A stretch of DNA of 64,000 nt. It comes from Betaproteobacteria bacterium. Its GTDB lineage: Bacteria; Pseudomonadota; Gammaproteobacteria; Burkholderiales; SG8-39. Of this stretch, positions 1-10,528 are shown one piece after another; within the stretch, counting starts at the first letter, position 1, and every line of letters begins with the position of its first letter. The notes under the pieces were generated by a model, which worked only from the letters and a program-made list of their open reading frames with translations, did no database searches and was not told where the DNA came from. The stretch covers positions 1,384-65,383 of the forward strand of contig CANIIA010000004.1 in the NCBI GenBank assembly GCA_947467435.1, read 5' to 3'. The translations under genes were made by a program, and so were the position numbers.

Positions 1-33
1 TTTCAGGGGCAGGCAGTCGCATGGCGACAGCAA

Positions 34-2097
34 ATGCTGATTCTGGGCGTATTGTTTATCGCCGTGCTACTGCTGATCGTTGCTTTAGTCTTATTTGATA
101 ATCATCATACGCGGCAGACCGGACAGTGGTTATCAGACTCTGTCGAACTACAAATGCTCTCGCAACGACTTGCGAAAGCAGCGCAACGCAGCCTGCTAGG
201 AAGTGCAGAGGTATATAAAAAAACAGCGACGAGCCCTTGCGTTGGCCAAGCTTGTCCGCCAGAAACCAAGAGCGAGGCACATCGCCAAATTACTACAAGC
301 CGAGACGCATTTCGCGACACGATCCAGCGTCTTCAACGTGGCAATAAAGAACAAAACCTGGTGACGCGTCTTGCGTTTGGCGCCGATCACCCCGCGCTCG
401 ATCAACTCGAAGCGGTTTGGCAAAATACAGATAAAAACGCCACCTTGCTCATCGATGAAGAGCAAACCATGCAAACCCTGGGCGCCGCACTTGCGCAAAT
501 TAATAGCGGAAATCCACAGCTGTTGGCGCTCACCGAACGGGTGTTGGCCTTGATCTTAGATAGCAGTGCTGGTCCACGTGAAATCACCGCTGCCGGTCAG
601 CTGGTGATGCTCACACAACGCTTTTCTAAAAACGCGAACGTTCTTTTGGCCGGTGATATTGCAGATGCAGAAGTACCGACACTCATAAAGCGTGACGTGA
701 GTGATTTTGCCATGATGCTGAGCCTATTACGTGGCGCGGTATTGCAGCCACGTCGTGGCGCGACTGATGTCGATGAGCTCAATACCCGCCTACAAGAACT
801 CAATCAAAATTTTCAAACCTACCAAGATGCAACGTTCTCTATTTTGAGTAACGTCGAACGGTTGATTGCTGCGCGCGGGGCATCGCAGCAGATCGTGGCA
901 GATTCCGAAGCTTTGTTACTCGCTACGCAAGCGCTCAGCGTGAGTTACCAAAAAGCGCTCAACGAGCGTGCAACCGTTTATTTGACGCTTGTTTTTTCGA
1001 TACTCGGGCTTTTAATCTTGGTACGGATGGTTTGGATTTACCTGTATGTCGAGCGCAGTGCACGAGTTCGAGCCGAGCTGCGAGAGCACGAAGAACAAGC
1101 GCGTAATGCACGTCAGCAGTCAGCGATTCTTGGTCTGCTTGACGAGGTGCAAAGCTTTGCGAGTGGTGACCTCACTGTTCGGGCAGATGTGAACGAAGAG
1201 TCCACTGGTGCACTAGCCGATGCTGTTAATTTTGCGATCGAAGAATTGCGTTTACTCATCACACGCGTATCGGCTGTGGTGGATGAAGTTGGTCGCGCAA
1301 CGAACGTGGCACAACAAGCGGCTGATTCATTGTTGGTTTCGTCTGAAGAACAATCTAAAGACATTGACGCAACCAGCGCTGAAGTACTGGCTGTGGCGCA
1401 AGCGATTCAAGGGGTATCAGGTCAGGCGGCAGAATCAGCGAGCGTTGCGCGTAGTGCGCTCGTTGCATCAAACAAAGGCCATGCCGCGGTACAAGAAGCC
1501 ATCTCTGGTATGCATGGAATTCGCGAACACATTCAAGAGACCGCCAAGCGAATTAAGCGCTTAGGCGATTCCTCGTTGCAAATTGGCGAAATCGTCGAGC
1601 TCATCTCAGATATCACCGAGCAAACCAACGTGCTTGCGCTCAATGCAGCCATTCAAGCGGCGAGTGCGGGTGAAGCAGGACGTGGATTTACGGTGGTAGC
1701 TGAAGAGGTCCAACGCCTTGCAGAGCGCTCGGCGGATGCATCGCGACAAATCGCTGGCCTAGTTAAAGCAATTCAAGCGGACACCCAAGATGCCATTGCC
1801 GCGATGGAGCGTAGTACCCTTGGTGTGGTAGAAGGCACACACCGCTCTGACCACGCGGGTCAAGCGTTGGCCGAAATCGGTCTTGTTTCGCAGCGACTGG
1901 CGGAATTAATTCAGCAAATGGCCACTACGTCTGAGCAGCAATCCGCGGTCGCAAGTCAGGTTGCAACGCGTATGCAGGGTATTCTCAAAACAAACGAAAA
2001 AAATGCCAACAGCACACGTGGCGCAGCAGGTGCAATGTCCTCACTGGGTACTTTGGCGGCAGATTTAAAACAGGCGATTACCAATTTCAAGCTCTAA
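34..2097 (+). CDS. pilJ: Type IV pilus chemosensory methyl-accepting protein (PilJ-like MCP)
   Basis: 687-aa ORF with an N-terminal TM helix ([20 protein letters not shown]), a second TM near aa 315-335 and a HAMP region. It carries the MCP signalling hairpin [38 protein letters not shown] and lies directly upstream of a ChpA-type kinase. The frame stays open back to base 1, so the true start may lie upstream of the window. Confidence 0.85.
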   Translation: MLILGVLFIAVLLLIVALVLFDNHHTRQTGQWLSDSVELQMLSQRLAKAAQRSLLGSAEVYKKTATSPCVGQACPPETKSEAHRQITTSRDAFRDTIQRLQRGNKEQNLVTRLAFGADHPALDQLEAVWQNTDKNATLLIDEEQTMQTLGAALAQINSGNPQLLALTERVLALILDSSAGPREITAAGQLVMLTQRFSKNANVLLAGDIADAEVPTLIKRDVSDFAMMLSLLRGAVLQPRRGATDVDELNTRLQELNQNFQTYQDATFSILSNVERLIAARGASQQIVADSEALLLATQALSVSYQKALNERATVYLTLVFSILGLLILVRMVWIYLYVERSARVRAELREHEEQARNARQQSAILGLLDEVQSFASGDLTVRADVNEESTGALADAVNFAIEELRLLITRVSAVVDEVGRATNVAQQAADSLLVSSEEQSKDIDATSAEVLAVAQAIQGVSGQAAESASVARSALVASNKGHAAVQEAISGMHGIREHIQETAKRIKRLGDSSLQIGEIVELISDITEQTNVLALNAAIQAASAGEAGRGFTVVAEEVQRLAERSADASRQIAGLVKAIQADTQDAIAAMERSTLGVVEGTHRSDHAGQALAEIGLVSQRLAELIQQMATTSEQQSAVASQVATRMQGILKTNEKNANSTRGAAGAMSSLGTLAADLKQAITNFKL

Positions 2098-2155
2098 TTG
2101 TCGGTGTCACACCCCACTTAAAACGACCTGAAACCTGAAACCTGATTAAACCAAG

Positions 2156-5100
2156 ATGACTCCAGTCTCTGATCGCGCAACGCTCACTTGGGTGAAAGGT
2201 GAAATGACGCTCGCTTTGGCGGGAGCGCGTACAGGCCTTGCAGAGTATGTAGCAGCAACCGACAACGTGGCGTCGTTACAGCGCGCGCAACGTCAGTTAC
2301 ACCAGGCAACGGGGGCGGTCAAACTCATTGGACTGCGGTCAATTTCGTGTGTATTAGAAGAAGCCGAGCAAGTATTACTCGCCCTTCGAGCAGCAGACGT
2401 TGATATCGATTTACCGACCGCGAGCGCGGCATTACAGTCCGCATTCGACGCCATTGATGATGCGCTGGCAAAACGTGCAAACGGTCAACAAGAAGAGCTC
2501 GCGGATCTTTGGCCTGTGTATCTCGCGTTAGGCCAGGCTCGGCATGCAGCAGACATATACGAAGCCGATCTTTTTTTCCCTACGGCGATAGCCAAAGTGC
2601 CAACGCGAAGTTCCAGTGCACAAGCCAATAACGATGCTGCGCTTGAATCAGGACGTATTGGTGCCTTGCGTGCACAATTTCAACGTGGCCTGCTCAGTTG
2701 GTTGAGTGACGCCGATCCGTTGCCAGGATTAATGCTGATGCGCGCTGCAGCGCTCGCAGCAGAAGCCCGTCAGACTAAAACGATACAAAAAGATTTTTGG
2801 TGGATTGTTGCGGTGTGGCTAGCAACCGTTGCTGAACAACCGACGCAATTTGACCAGCGTATGGTGCGCAGCCTGACTGCGCGTATTGAGCGACAGTTAC
2901 GTCATGTCCATGCGGAGGTGTCTGATCGTTTGTTACGTGCAGTGCTGTACGCCTTGACCCAAGCCAAACAAACGCGCTTACCTGAGGCACAACAGATACA
3001 ACAGGCTTATGCCCTAACCGCACAAGCAAAACTTCTAAGCCAAGAAACGATCGGTCAGATCACTTTGCCTCACAGTGCGTCGCAAACAGACCGTCTCAAG
3101 CAGCTCTCCTCGCAACTCGTCAAGCTAGAACAAGCGCTGGATATTTTTTTCCGCGACCCAACCCAACCCAGTGTTCTGTTACCGATCGAACCTGTGCTAC
3201 AAACGTTGGCGTCTGAGTTACATGCATTACAAGAGTCGCAAGCGTATGCCTTGATGCAAGAGGTGACGCACACCATCCATCAACTGCTCAATGCAGGACT
3301 GCCTGGAAGTGCTTCTAAACAGACGATGGAAACGCTTGCGCAAAAAATTTCGGGATTGGGTTTCTATTTAGAAAACCTACAACGTGATGGCTACGCTGAT
3401 TTTGCCCAAGCCTTACAACCGCTCGCCGCTGCGCAGCCCGTTAAACCAACACTGAGTTTGGTCCCGCAGATGATCGAGCGCGGTCAATCGTCAGCCTCAC
3501 TACCCGATGACACCGTCCCCACACCAGCGACGCAGGCGTTGGTTGGTGCAAGCGCGATTGTGATCGACCAAGAACTCTTAGAAATTTTTCTTCAAGAAGC
3601 CGACGAAGTCGTACAGGCACAAGAAACACGCATCGCCGAGCTACAACGCGCACCTGACGATATCCAGCGTCTTACCGAATTACGACGTGGATTTCATACC
3701 CTCAAAGGAAGTGGTCGGATGGTTGGGCTGACCCGCTTGGGTGAAGTGGCCCATGCCCTAGAAATTGTGATGAATCTTTGGTTGCGTCAGACACGACCAG
3801 TAACACCCGCGTTGTTTGATCTTCTTGCGCAGTCACAGACGCACTTTAGGCAATGGTTAACAAGCTTGCGTACGCAAGCGGCGGAGCCGGATATTCAAAC
3901 GTTGTTGCAACAAGCCCAAACCGTTGGGCAGGCTGAACTCAATGCGCTTGGTGCAATGATGCCCTTTAGTTTGACTACGCCGGATATGGTGCACATCGGA
4001 TCGGTGATGATTTCGGCGGCGTTGTATCAAACCTTTTTAGTCGAAGCGCAAACAAAGCTCGACTTACTTGAACACGCTTTAAAAACGATCGAATCCTCGC
4101 CAAGTGGATCGATTCAAGAACCGATGTTACGCGCAGCGCACACCCTCACCGGTATTTGCGGCACGGTACAAATGGTGTCCATGCAAGCGCTTGCAGCCGC
4201 ACTCGAGGGCGCCTTATCGCGACTTGCTGCACACCGCTTCCCGATTACACCGCACACAAGAACGCAGCTGACTGAAGCGGTGCAGGCGCTACAACTGATG
4301 TACGCAGGAATCAGAGAACGTGCCACACCGGGCGATGCGCAGCCCTTGGTCTCGGCGCTGACGCTGATTGCGCCGCAAAGTAGCGCAACACAGCAGCAGC
4401 CTGCAGCACAAGACGATGCGCTGGATACGCGCTTACTGCCTTTGTTTATTCAAGAGTCCCAAGAGCTCGCACCGCAATTGGCCGCGAACTTACGTGGCTG
4501 GATCAACGCGCCGAACGATCGTACTTGGGCGCAGGCAATCCAGCGTATTTTGCATACCTTAAAAGGAAGCGCACGAATGACGGGTGCGTTTAAGGTCGCC
4601 GCCAAAATTCACGCCCTTGAATCTGCCGTCGAACTTGCGCTGCATGAACCTGCCACAGCCATTCAGTTTCAACCGTTGCAACATGCCAGCGATGAGATTA
4701 TTTCTGATCTAGAGGCGCTGGCCCCAGCCGAACCAGCGGTAGCCAATCATGCGCCAGCGGGCGCGCCCGAAGCATTGAACGTAGCACCTGCGCCTGTCCC
4801 AGCACTTGCACCGGCAGCGATGACCTTGCGTTTATCGAGTGTCGCGCTAGATACGTTAATCAACGCAACAGGCGAGGTCGCAGTCGGTCGCGCGCGGATT
4901 GAAAACGATCTGCTGAATTTAAAAGCAGCATTAAAAGAACTGAGTGAAAACGTACTACGCATGCGCCGCGAAGTGCGTGAAATCGATATGGCGGCAGAAG
5001 CGAGTTTGGCCGCGCATCGCAAACCGCTCGAGACCCAACAAGATGACTTTGATCCACTCGAATTTGATCGCTACACACGCTTACAAGAGTTATCGCGGAT

Positions 5101-6655
5101 GTTGGCTGAAAGTGTCGATGACGTCGCCACTGTTCAACATACGCTCGAACAAATTTCGCTAAGTGCGGAAGCGACATTGGCGCAACAAGGGCGAACCAAT
5201 CGCCAAGTGCAACATGATTTATTACGCATACGCTTAGTCCCATTTGAATCCGCCACCGAGCCGTTGTATCGACTTGTGCGACAAACCGCGGCGGCCCTCG
5301 GGCGTGAAGCGCATCTAGAAATCAAAGGCGTACAAGTCGAACTCGATCGAATGGTGCTTGAGCAAATGACGGCACCCTTACAACACTTATTGCGTAACGC
5401 AGTCACGCATGGCATAGAACAACCAGCTGAACGACTGCGCGCAGGCAAGCCAGCAGTGGGTCAAATCCATCTCGAGGTTCAGCAAGAAGGCAATGAACTA
5501 TCGATTCGCCTGCGCGATGATGGTCCAGGACTCGATTTACAACGCATCCGCACTCGTGCGCAGCAGCTGGGGTTACTTGACGCAACCAGTGCGTTGAGTG
5601 CGTCCGTATTAAGCGACTTTATATTTAAGCCGGGATTTTCAACAGCCCAAGATCTGAGTGACTACGCTGGCCGCGGTGTGGGCATGGATGTCGTGCGCAC
5701 CACAGTGATTGCGCTCGGTGGGCGTATTCAAGTTGAATCTACAGCCGGACAAGGTACGCAGTTTGTCATTCGATTACCACTCACCACGGCAATGGCGCAA
5801 GTCGTGTTGGTTCGAGCTGGCGGACAGCTCTGGGGCATTCCAACCTTACTCATTGAACACGTTCAACACGTGCAGCTGACGCAACTCACTGCCGATCATG
5901 AACAAGGCGGCATGCTTTGGAATGAGCAACGTTACGCCTTACATCGTTTGTCGCAGCTGCTTAGCATTCACCCAGTGGCAGCAGCACGACCTTTACGCGC
6001 ACATCCGGTGTTATTTGTGCGCAGCGGTGCAGAGAGTATTGCACTCGAAGTTGAAGAGGCGTTGGGTCAGCAAGAAGTCGTGGTGAAAACCTTAGGGCCA
6101 CAATTGGCGCGGATGCCCGGTTTAACTGGGGTGACGGTGATTGGCTCGGGCGACATCGTATTTTTGCTCAATCCAATCACATTGTTAATGCATCAACCTA
6201 AGTTCCCACCGTTGGCAGGTGCGGTGGCGGTATTACCTGAAGTCACCATCGCAACAAGCCCGGAGGTGTTAGTCGTGGATGATTCGCTCACCGTGCGCAA
6301 GATTACCGAGCGTTTATTGGTGCGTGAAGGTTATCGCGTTCGTACAGCGCGTGATGGTGCTGAAGCCATTCAGATGATTGGCGTGCAAGTGCCAAGTTTG
6401 GTGTTGCTCGACATTGAAATGCCGCGCATGGATGGTTTGGAAGTGTTGCGTAGTCTGCGTGCCGATGCCGCGTTAGCAAGCTTACCGGTCATCATGATCA
6501 CTTCTCGAACGACCGGAAAGCTTCGCGAACAAGCGGATGCACTTGGCGTGCAAGCGTTTCTTGGTAAGCCTTATCAAGAAGAAACGCTACTGGCACAAAT
6601 CCATGCGAGCGTTGGCTTGGGTCAGCCAACCGAATTAGCTAGGCCGGCTTCTTAA
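2156..6655 (+). CDS. chpA: ChpA/PilL-type hybrid CheA histidine kinase with multiple Hpt domains and a C-terminal receiver
   Basis: 1499 aa with a ChpA-like N-terminus (ATLTWVKGEM). Hpt-like motifs are LHQATGAVKLIG (His codon 2300), FHTLKGSGRMVG (3695), AHTLTGICGTV (4139) and LHTLKGSARMTG (4553). It also has an HATPase core (GRGVGMDVV, GQGTQFVIRLPLT), a CheW-like segment and a receiver (VLVVDDSLTVRK...LLDIEMPRMDG...GKP). Confidence 0.9.
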   Translation: MTPVSDRATLTWVKGEMTLALAGARTGLAEYVAATDNVASLQRAQRQLHQATGAVKLIGLRSISCVLEEAEQVLLALRAADVDIDLPTASAALQSAFDAIDDALAKRANGQQEELADLWPVYLALGQARHAADIYEADLFFPTAIAKVPTRSSSAQANNDAALESGRIGALRAQFQRGLLSWLSDADPLPGLMLMRAAALAAEARQTKTIQKDFWWIVAVWLATVAEQPTQFDQRMVRSLTARIERQLRHVHAEVSDRLLRAVLYALTQAKQTRLPEAQQIQQAYALTAQAKLLSQETIGQITLPHSASQTDRLKQLSSQLVKLEQALDIFFRDPTQPSVLLPIEPVLQTLASELHALQESQAYALMQEVTHTIHQLLNAGLPGSASKQTMETLAQKISGLGFYLENLQRDGYADFAQALQPLAAAQPVKPTLSLVPQMIERGQSSASLPDDTVPTPATQALVGASAIVIDQELLEIFLQEADEVVQAQETRIAELQRAPDDIQRLTELRRGFHTLKGSGRMVGLTRLGEVAHALEIVMNLWLRQTRPVTPALFDLLAQSQTHFRQWLTSLRTQAAEPDIQTLLQQAQTVGQAELNALGAMMPFSLTTPDMVHIGSVMISAALYQTFLVEAQTKLDLLEHALKTIESSPSGSIQEPMLRAAHTLTGICGTVQMVSMQALAAALEGALSRLAAHRFPITPHTRTQLTEAVQALQLMYAGIRERATPGDAQPLVSALTLIAPQSSATQQQPAAQDDALDTRLLPLFIQESQELAPQLAANLRGWINAPNDRTWAQAIQRILHTLKGSARMTGAFKVAAKIHALESAVELALHEPATAIQFQPLQHASDEIISDLEALAPAEPAVANHAPAGAPEALNVAPAPVPALAPAAMTLRLSSVALDTLINATGEVAVGRARIENDLLNLKAALKELSENVLRMRREVREIDMAAEASLAAHRKPLETQQDDFDPLEFDRYTRLQELSRMLAESVDDVATVQHTLEQISLSAEATLAQQGRTNRQVQHDLLRIRLVPFESATEPLYRLVRQTAAALGREAHLEIKGVQVELDRMVLEQMTAPLQHLLRNAVTHGIEQPAERLRAGKPAVGQIHLEVQQEGNELSIRLRDDGPGLDLQRIRTRAQQLGLLDATSALSASVLSDFIFKPGFSTAQDLSDYAGRGVGMDVVRTTVIALGGRIQVESTAGQGTQFVIRLPLTTAMAQVVLVRAGGQLWGIPTLLIEHVQHVQLTQLTADHEQGGMLWNEQRYALHRLSQLLSIHPVAAARPLRAHPVLFVRSGAESIALEVEEALGQQEVVVKTLGPQLARMPGLTGVTVIGSGDIVFLLNPITLLMHQPKFPPLAGAVAVLPEVTIATSPEVLVVDDSLTVRKITERLLVREGYRVRTARDGAEAIQMIGVQVPSLVLLDIEMPRMDGLEVLRSLRADAALASLPVIMITSRTTGKLREQADALGVQAFLGKPYQEETLLAQIHASVGLGQPTELARPAS

Positions 6656-8084
6656 CTTTTCCGTACCGTGCAAGCGTTGTTAGACGCGCGTTTGCATGAT
6701 CGACAACCGGCACTGGGTACGTCTCACCTAACCGCACACCGGCCGCTTGTGCTTCGATGGGCGAAAGTAACCACGGTGCATGAATTTGCCGATCCGACAC
6801 GCCAGCGAGCTCTGGCACGTAACGACGAATAAACTGTCCCTTCGGGTCGAAGCGCTCGGATTGGGTGACCGGATTAAAAATTCTGAAGTACGGCTGTGCA
6901 TCGCAACCTGTTGATGCAGCCCATTGCCAGCCTCCATTGTTTGCTGCGAGATCAAAGTCGATTAAGTGTTGCGCGAAATGACGCTCGCCAACACGCCAAT
7001 CTATGCCCAGATCTTTGGTCAGAAACGACGCCACAATCATCCGTAAACGGTTATGCATATAACCGGTTTGATGTAACTGACGCATGGCGGCATCGACGAT
7101 CGGATAGCCTGTTCTCGCTTCACACCAAGCCTGTTGTAACTCGGGTGCTTGCGCCCACTCGATGGCATCGTATTCGGGTCGAAACGATGCATTCACCACA
7201 CGTGGATGGCGCGCAAGAATCATGAAATAAAAATCACGCCAAATCAGCTCCGACAACCAAACTGCAGCACCGCTCGACTGACGTTGCTTGGCTAGCGTAA
7301 CAAGTTCGCGAATGGACAGCGTACCAAAGCGCAGATGGACAGAAAGATACGACGGCCCTTTAACAGCGGGGTAATCGCGTCGTTGATCATACGCATCGAT
7401 GCGCGTTAAAAAATCATCAAGTAACACGCGCGCAGCGCCACTGCCCCCAGCGACGCCAAGTGCAGACAGATTGGTCTGCGTAAATCCAAGCGATGCTAAC
7501 GAGGGTAGGTCACTTGGACTCGGCACCAAGGCCAAATGTGATACGTAAGGTGTAATTGGATAGGGCTTCACATAAAACGCATCGAGTCGTTGCAGCCAGG
7601 CGTTTTTATACGGGGTGAACACCGAAAAAGGCTGACCCATTTTTGTGAGGACTTCATCGCCATCAAAGATCACCTGATCTTTGCGCGTATTTAGAGGCAA
7701 CCCTTGCGTTGCAAGCGCTTGCGCAACGGCGTGATCTCTCGCCAGTGCGTCTGGCTCGTAATCATGGTTGGCATACACCGCTGTAACGCCCAACGATTGC
7801 GCAAGCGCCGGAATGCAGCTGCGTGCCGACCCATGTAGCACATGCAGCACGGGTCCGCGCCCACCGGCCATAGTTGCTAATGTTTCTGCCAATGCACACA
7901 CGCTTTGCCACAAAAACTCCACACGCCGGTCATCCCGCGTAGGTAGCGCATCGAGGATATCGGTATCAAACACAAATACGCAGTAAACCTGCGTGGATGC
8001 GCGTAATGCCGCATGTAAGGCGGCGTGATCATGGGCGCGTAAATCGCGGCGAAACCACACGAGTACAGCAGAATTAGTCGTCAT
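6639..8084 (-). CDS. phrB: Deoxyribodipyrimidine photolyase (CPD photolyase/cryptochrome family)
   Basis: 481 aa with an N-terminal [17 protein letters not shown]. The FAD-binding region carries [31 protein letters not shown] and [14 protein letters not shown]. Its 3' end overlaps the chpA 3' end by 17 bp (convergent). Confidence 0.9.
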   Translation of the reverse strand: MTTNSAVLVWFRRDLRAHDHAALHAALRASTQVYCVFVFDTDILDALPTRDDRRVEFLWQSVCALAETLATMAGGRGPVLHVLHGSARSCIPALAQSLGVTAVYANHDYEPDALARDHAVAQALATQGLPLNTRKDQVIFDGDEVLTKMGQPFSVFTPYKNAWLQRLDAFYVKPYPITPYVSHLALVPSPSDLPSLASLGFTQTNLSALGVAGGSGAARVLLDDFLTRIDAYDQRRDYPAVKGPSYLSVHLRFGTLSIRELVTLAKQRQSSGAAVWLSELIWRDFYFMILARHPRVVNASFRPEYDAIEWAQAPELQQAWCEARTGYPIVDAAMRQLHQTGYMHNRLRMIVASFLTKDLGIDWRVGERHFAQHLIDFDLAANNGGWQWAASTGCDAQPYFRIFNPVTQSERFDPKGQFIRRYVPELAGVSDRQIHAPWLLSPIEAQAAGVRLGETYPVPVVDHANARLTTLARYGKVKKPA

Positions 8085-8104
8085 ACGCTAAAATAGCCCT
8101 AAGC

Positions 8105-8668
8105 GTGTCCTCGATCAATCTCACCAACCACTTTTTGATCGCTATGCCAGCCATGGCGGATCCGCATTTCTCGAGGACCTTGACGTATATCTGCGAACAC
8201 ACCCCCCAAGGCGCACTGGGTGTGGTCGTCAACCGTCCCATCGACATGCGTCTGAGTGATTTGTTTGCGCGGATTTCTTTAGAGAGCACGCAGGTTGCTG
8301 CGATCGATGCCCCTGTTTGGTACGGTGGACCGGTGCAAACCGACCGAGGCTTTGTACTGCATTCACCCGCGGGCACCTGGGGCTCGACCCTAAAAATTGG
8401 CCAAACCCTGGGTCTGACCACATCAAAAGATATTCTTGAGGCGGTTGCCAGTGGCGCTGGGCCGCAGCGTTTATTGGTGACGCTGGGCTACGCCGGGTGG
8501 TCTGCTGGCCAATTAGAACAAGAGTTGGCGCAAAACGCCTGGCTCACCGTGGCAGCACCAGATGATGCGATTTTGTTTGATACGCCATCAGATGAGCGTT
8601 TACCTGCAGCGATGCGCTTGTTGGGGTTGGACTATGCGCGGCTTTCTGATGTGGCAGGCCACGCGTGA
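8105..8668 (+). CDS. algH: YqgE/AlgH family protein (UPF0301)
   Basis: 187 aa from GTG 8105, with [17 protein letters not shown] and [16 protein letters not shown] signatures. Conserved position upstream of ruvX. Confidence 0.85.
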   Translation: MSSINLTNHFLIAMPAMADPHFSRTLTYICEHTPQGALGVVVNRPIDMRLSDLFARISLESTQVAAIDAPVWYGGPVQTDRGFVLHSPAGTWGSTLKIGQTLGLTTSKDILEAVASGAGPQRLLVTLGYAGWSAGQLEQELAQNAWLTVAAPDDAILFDTPSDERLPAAMRLLGLDYARLSDVAGHA

Positions 8669-9093
8669 TGGGCGCCGGCACGGTGATGGCCTTTGATTTT
8701 GGAACACGTCGAATTGGTGTGGCGGTCGGCGAGACCGAGGTGCAGCTCGCGCATCCGCTGCCAGGCATTGTGGGTGAAATCGCACAGCAGCGCTTTGCCG
8801 CGATTGAAGCATTAATCCTTGAATGGCAGCCCGCACACTTGGTGGTGGGTTTGCCGCTGGCCACCGATGGCGCCGCGCATCCCATGACGGCTCGGGCGCA
8901 GCGGTTTGCAAGACAGCTCTATGGGCGCTTCGGATTACCCGTGCATTTGGTCGATGAACGTTACACTTCGGTCGATGCCCAAGCCACGCTGACGCAACAG
9001 GGTGTGTACGGAAAAGCCGCGCGCGATCAACTCGATTCTGCCGCGGCACAATTAATTCTTGAACAATGGTTTTTACAGGAGCCGCAGGCATGA
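8665..9093 (+). CDS. ruvX: Holliday junction resolvase-like / pre-16S rRNA nuclease RuvX (YqgF)
   Basis: 142 aa with an [14 protein letters not shown] RNase H-fold N-terminus. GTG 8665 / ATG 8668 overlap the algH stop, so the exact start is uncertain. Confidence 0.88.
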   Translation: MMGAGTVMAFDFGTRRIGVAVGETEVQLAHPLPGIVGEIAQQRFAAIEALILEWQPAHLVVGLPLATDGAAHPMTARAQRFARQLYGRFGLPVHLVDERYTSVDAQATLTQQGVYGKAARDQLDSAAAQLILEQWFLQEPQA

Positions 9094-9587
9094 GCCCCTT
9101 GCCCGATGCCGAAGCGCTATGCGCGCAGCTGGCGCAACAACTTAAAGCCGACCTACACCCCGAGACGGCGATGATTGGTCTTTACACCGGAGGTGTGTGG
9201 CTGGCCGAGCGCTTACACGCCGCGCTTGGATTGACCACGCCACTGGGCACCATGGATGTGGCGTTTTACCGCGATGACTATCATCAACAAGGATTACATC
9301 ACGCACCTAAGCGCAGCAAAATTGCATTCGATGTGACTGGTCGACACTTACTACTTGTCGATGACGTGTTGTACACCGGACGCACGGTGCGTGCAGCGAT
9401 GAATGAATTGTTTGATTACGGCCGACCTGCGTCGATCCGCTTAGTTGTGCTCGCCGATCGTGGTGGACGCGAGTTGCCCATTTGCGCGCAGTTTTGTGGT
9501 GCACAGGTGAGCGTACCCGAAGGTCAGCGCTTAAGCTTAAAACGCGGCGAACACGCGCGTCTTGCTTTGGAGCTCACGCATGCGTAA
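9090..9587 (+). CDS. pyrR: Bifunctional pyr operon regulator / uracil phosphoribosyltransferase PyrR
   Basis: Start trimmed to ATG 9090 (AGGAG about 9 nt upstream; ATGA overlap with the ruvX stop). PRPP loop [17 protein letters not shown]. Confidence 0.9.
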   Translation: MSPLPDAEALCAQLAQQLKADLHPETAMIGLYTGGVWLAERLHAALGLTTPLGTMDVAFYRDDYHQQGLHHAPKRSKIAFDVTGRHLLLVDDVLYTGRTVRAAMNELFDYGRPASIRLVVLADRGGRELPICAQFCGAQVSVPEGQRLSLKRGEHARLALELTHA

Positions 9588-10527
9588 TCCACAACTCAAC
9601 GCGCAGGGTGCACTACAACACTTGCTTTCGATCGAAGGCCTACCCCGCAATGTTCTCACGCAGATTCTCGATACCGCTGACTCATTTGTTGGTGTGACCG
9701 AACGCGAAGTAAAAAAAGTGCCGCTGTTACGCGGTAAAAGCGTATTCAATTTATTTTTTGAACCGTCGACGCGCACCCGTACCACGTTTGAAATTGCCGC
9801 CAAGCGCTTGTCTGCCGATGGCATCAATCTAAATCTCGCTGCCTCGTCGCAAACCAAAGGTGAATCATTACTCGATACCGTTGCAAATTTATCGGCCATG
9901 CAAGCCGATGTGTTTGTCGTACGTCATGCTGCCTCTGGTGCGCCTTATTTGATTGCAAATCACGTTAAACCGCACGAGCACGTCGTGAATGCTGGGGATG
10001 GTCGTCATGCGCATCCAACGCAAGGGTTACTCGATCTTTATACGATCCGACACTATAAAAAAGATTTCACACAACTCACGGTGGCGATTGTCGGTGACAT
10101 CTTGCATTCGCGCGTAGCGCGTTCGTTGATTCACGGTTTAACCACGTTGGGCACACCCGAAGTGCGCGTGATTGGCCCGCAAACCTTGATCCCTACCGGG
10201 GTGAGTAGTCTGGGCGTGAAGGTATTTCACGACATGAAAAAAGGCCTAGCGGGTGCGGATGTGATCGTGATGCTGCGCTTACAAAACGAACGCATGCGAG
10301 GGGCGTTATTACCCAGCGCACAAGAGTTCAATAAGCACTATGGACTGAGTGCAGAAAAACTTGCGTTGGCCGCTTCTGATGCGATTGTGATGCATCCAGG
10401 TCCAATGAATCGCGGTGTTGAAATTGATTCGGGTGTGGCCGATGGTCCGCACTCGGTGATCTTGCCGCAAGTCACTTTTGGGATTGCCGTGCGTATGGCG
10501 GTGATGTCCATCATTGCCGGGAACTGA
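9580..10527 (+). CDS. pyrB: Aspartate carbamoyltransferase catalytic subunit
   Basis: Start trimmed to ATG 9580 (8-nt overlap with pyrR). Motifs [20 protein letters not shown] and [11 protein letters not shown]. Confidence 0.95.
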   Translation: MRNPQLNAQGALQHLLSIEGLPRNVLTQILDTADSFVGVTEREVKKVPLLRGKSVFNLFFEPSTRTRTTFEIAAKRLSADGINLNLAASSQTKGESLLDTVANLSAMQADVFVVRHAASGAPYLIANHVKPHEHVVNAGDGRHAHPTQGLLDLYTIRHYKKDFTQLTVAIVGDILHSRVARSLIHGLTTLGTPEVRVIGPQTLIPTGVSSLGVKVFHDMKKGLAGADVIVMLRLQNERMRGALLPSAQEFNKHYGLSAEKLALAASDAIVMHPGPMNRGVEIDSGVADGPHSVILPQVTFGIAVRMAVMSIIAGN

Positions 10528-10528
10528 T

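Noticed and set aside
2126-2145. Heptamer repeat ACCTGAA x about 2.8 in the pilJ-chpA intergenic spacer
   Set aside because: It is too short to distinguish from chance. It has no dyad symmetry and no obvious relation to an SD or terminator. Noted only because chpA lacks a clear SD.
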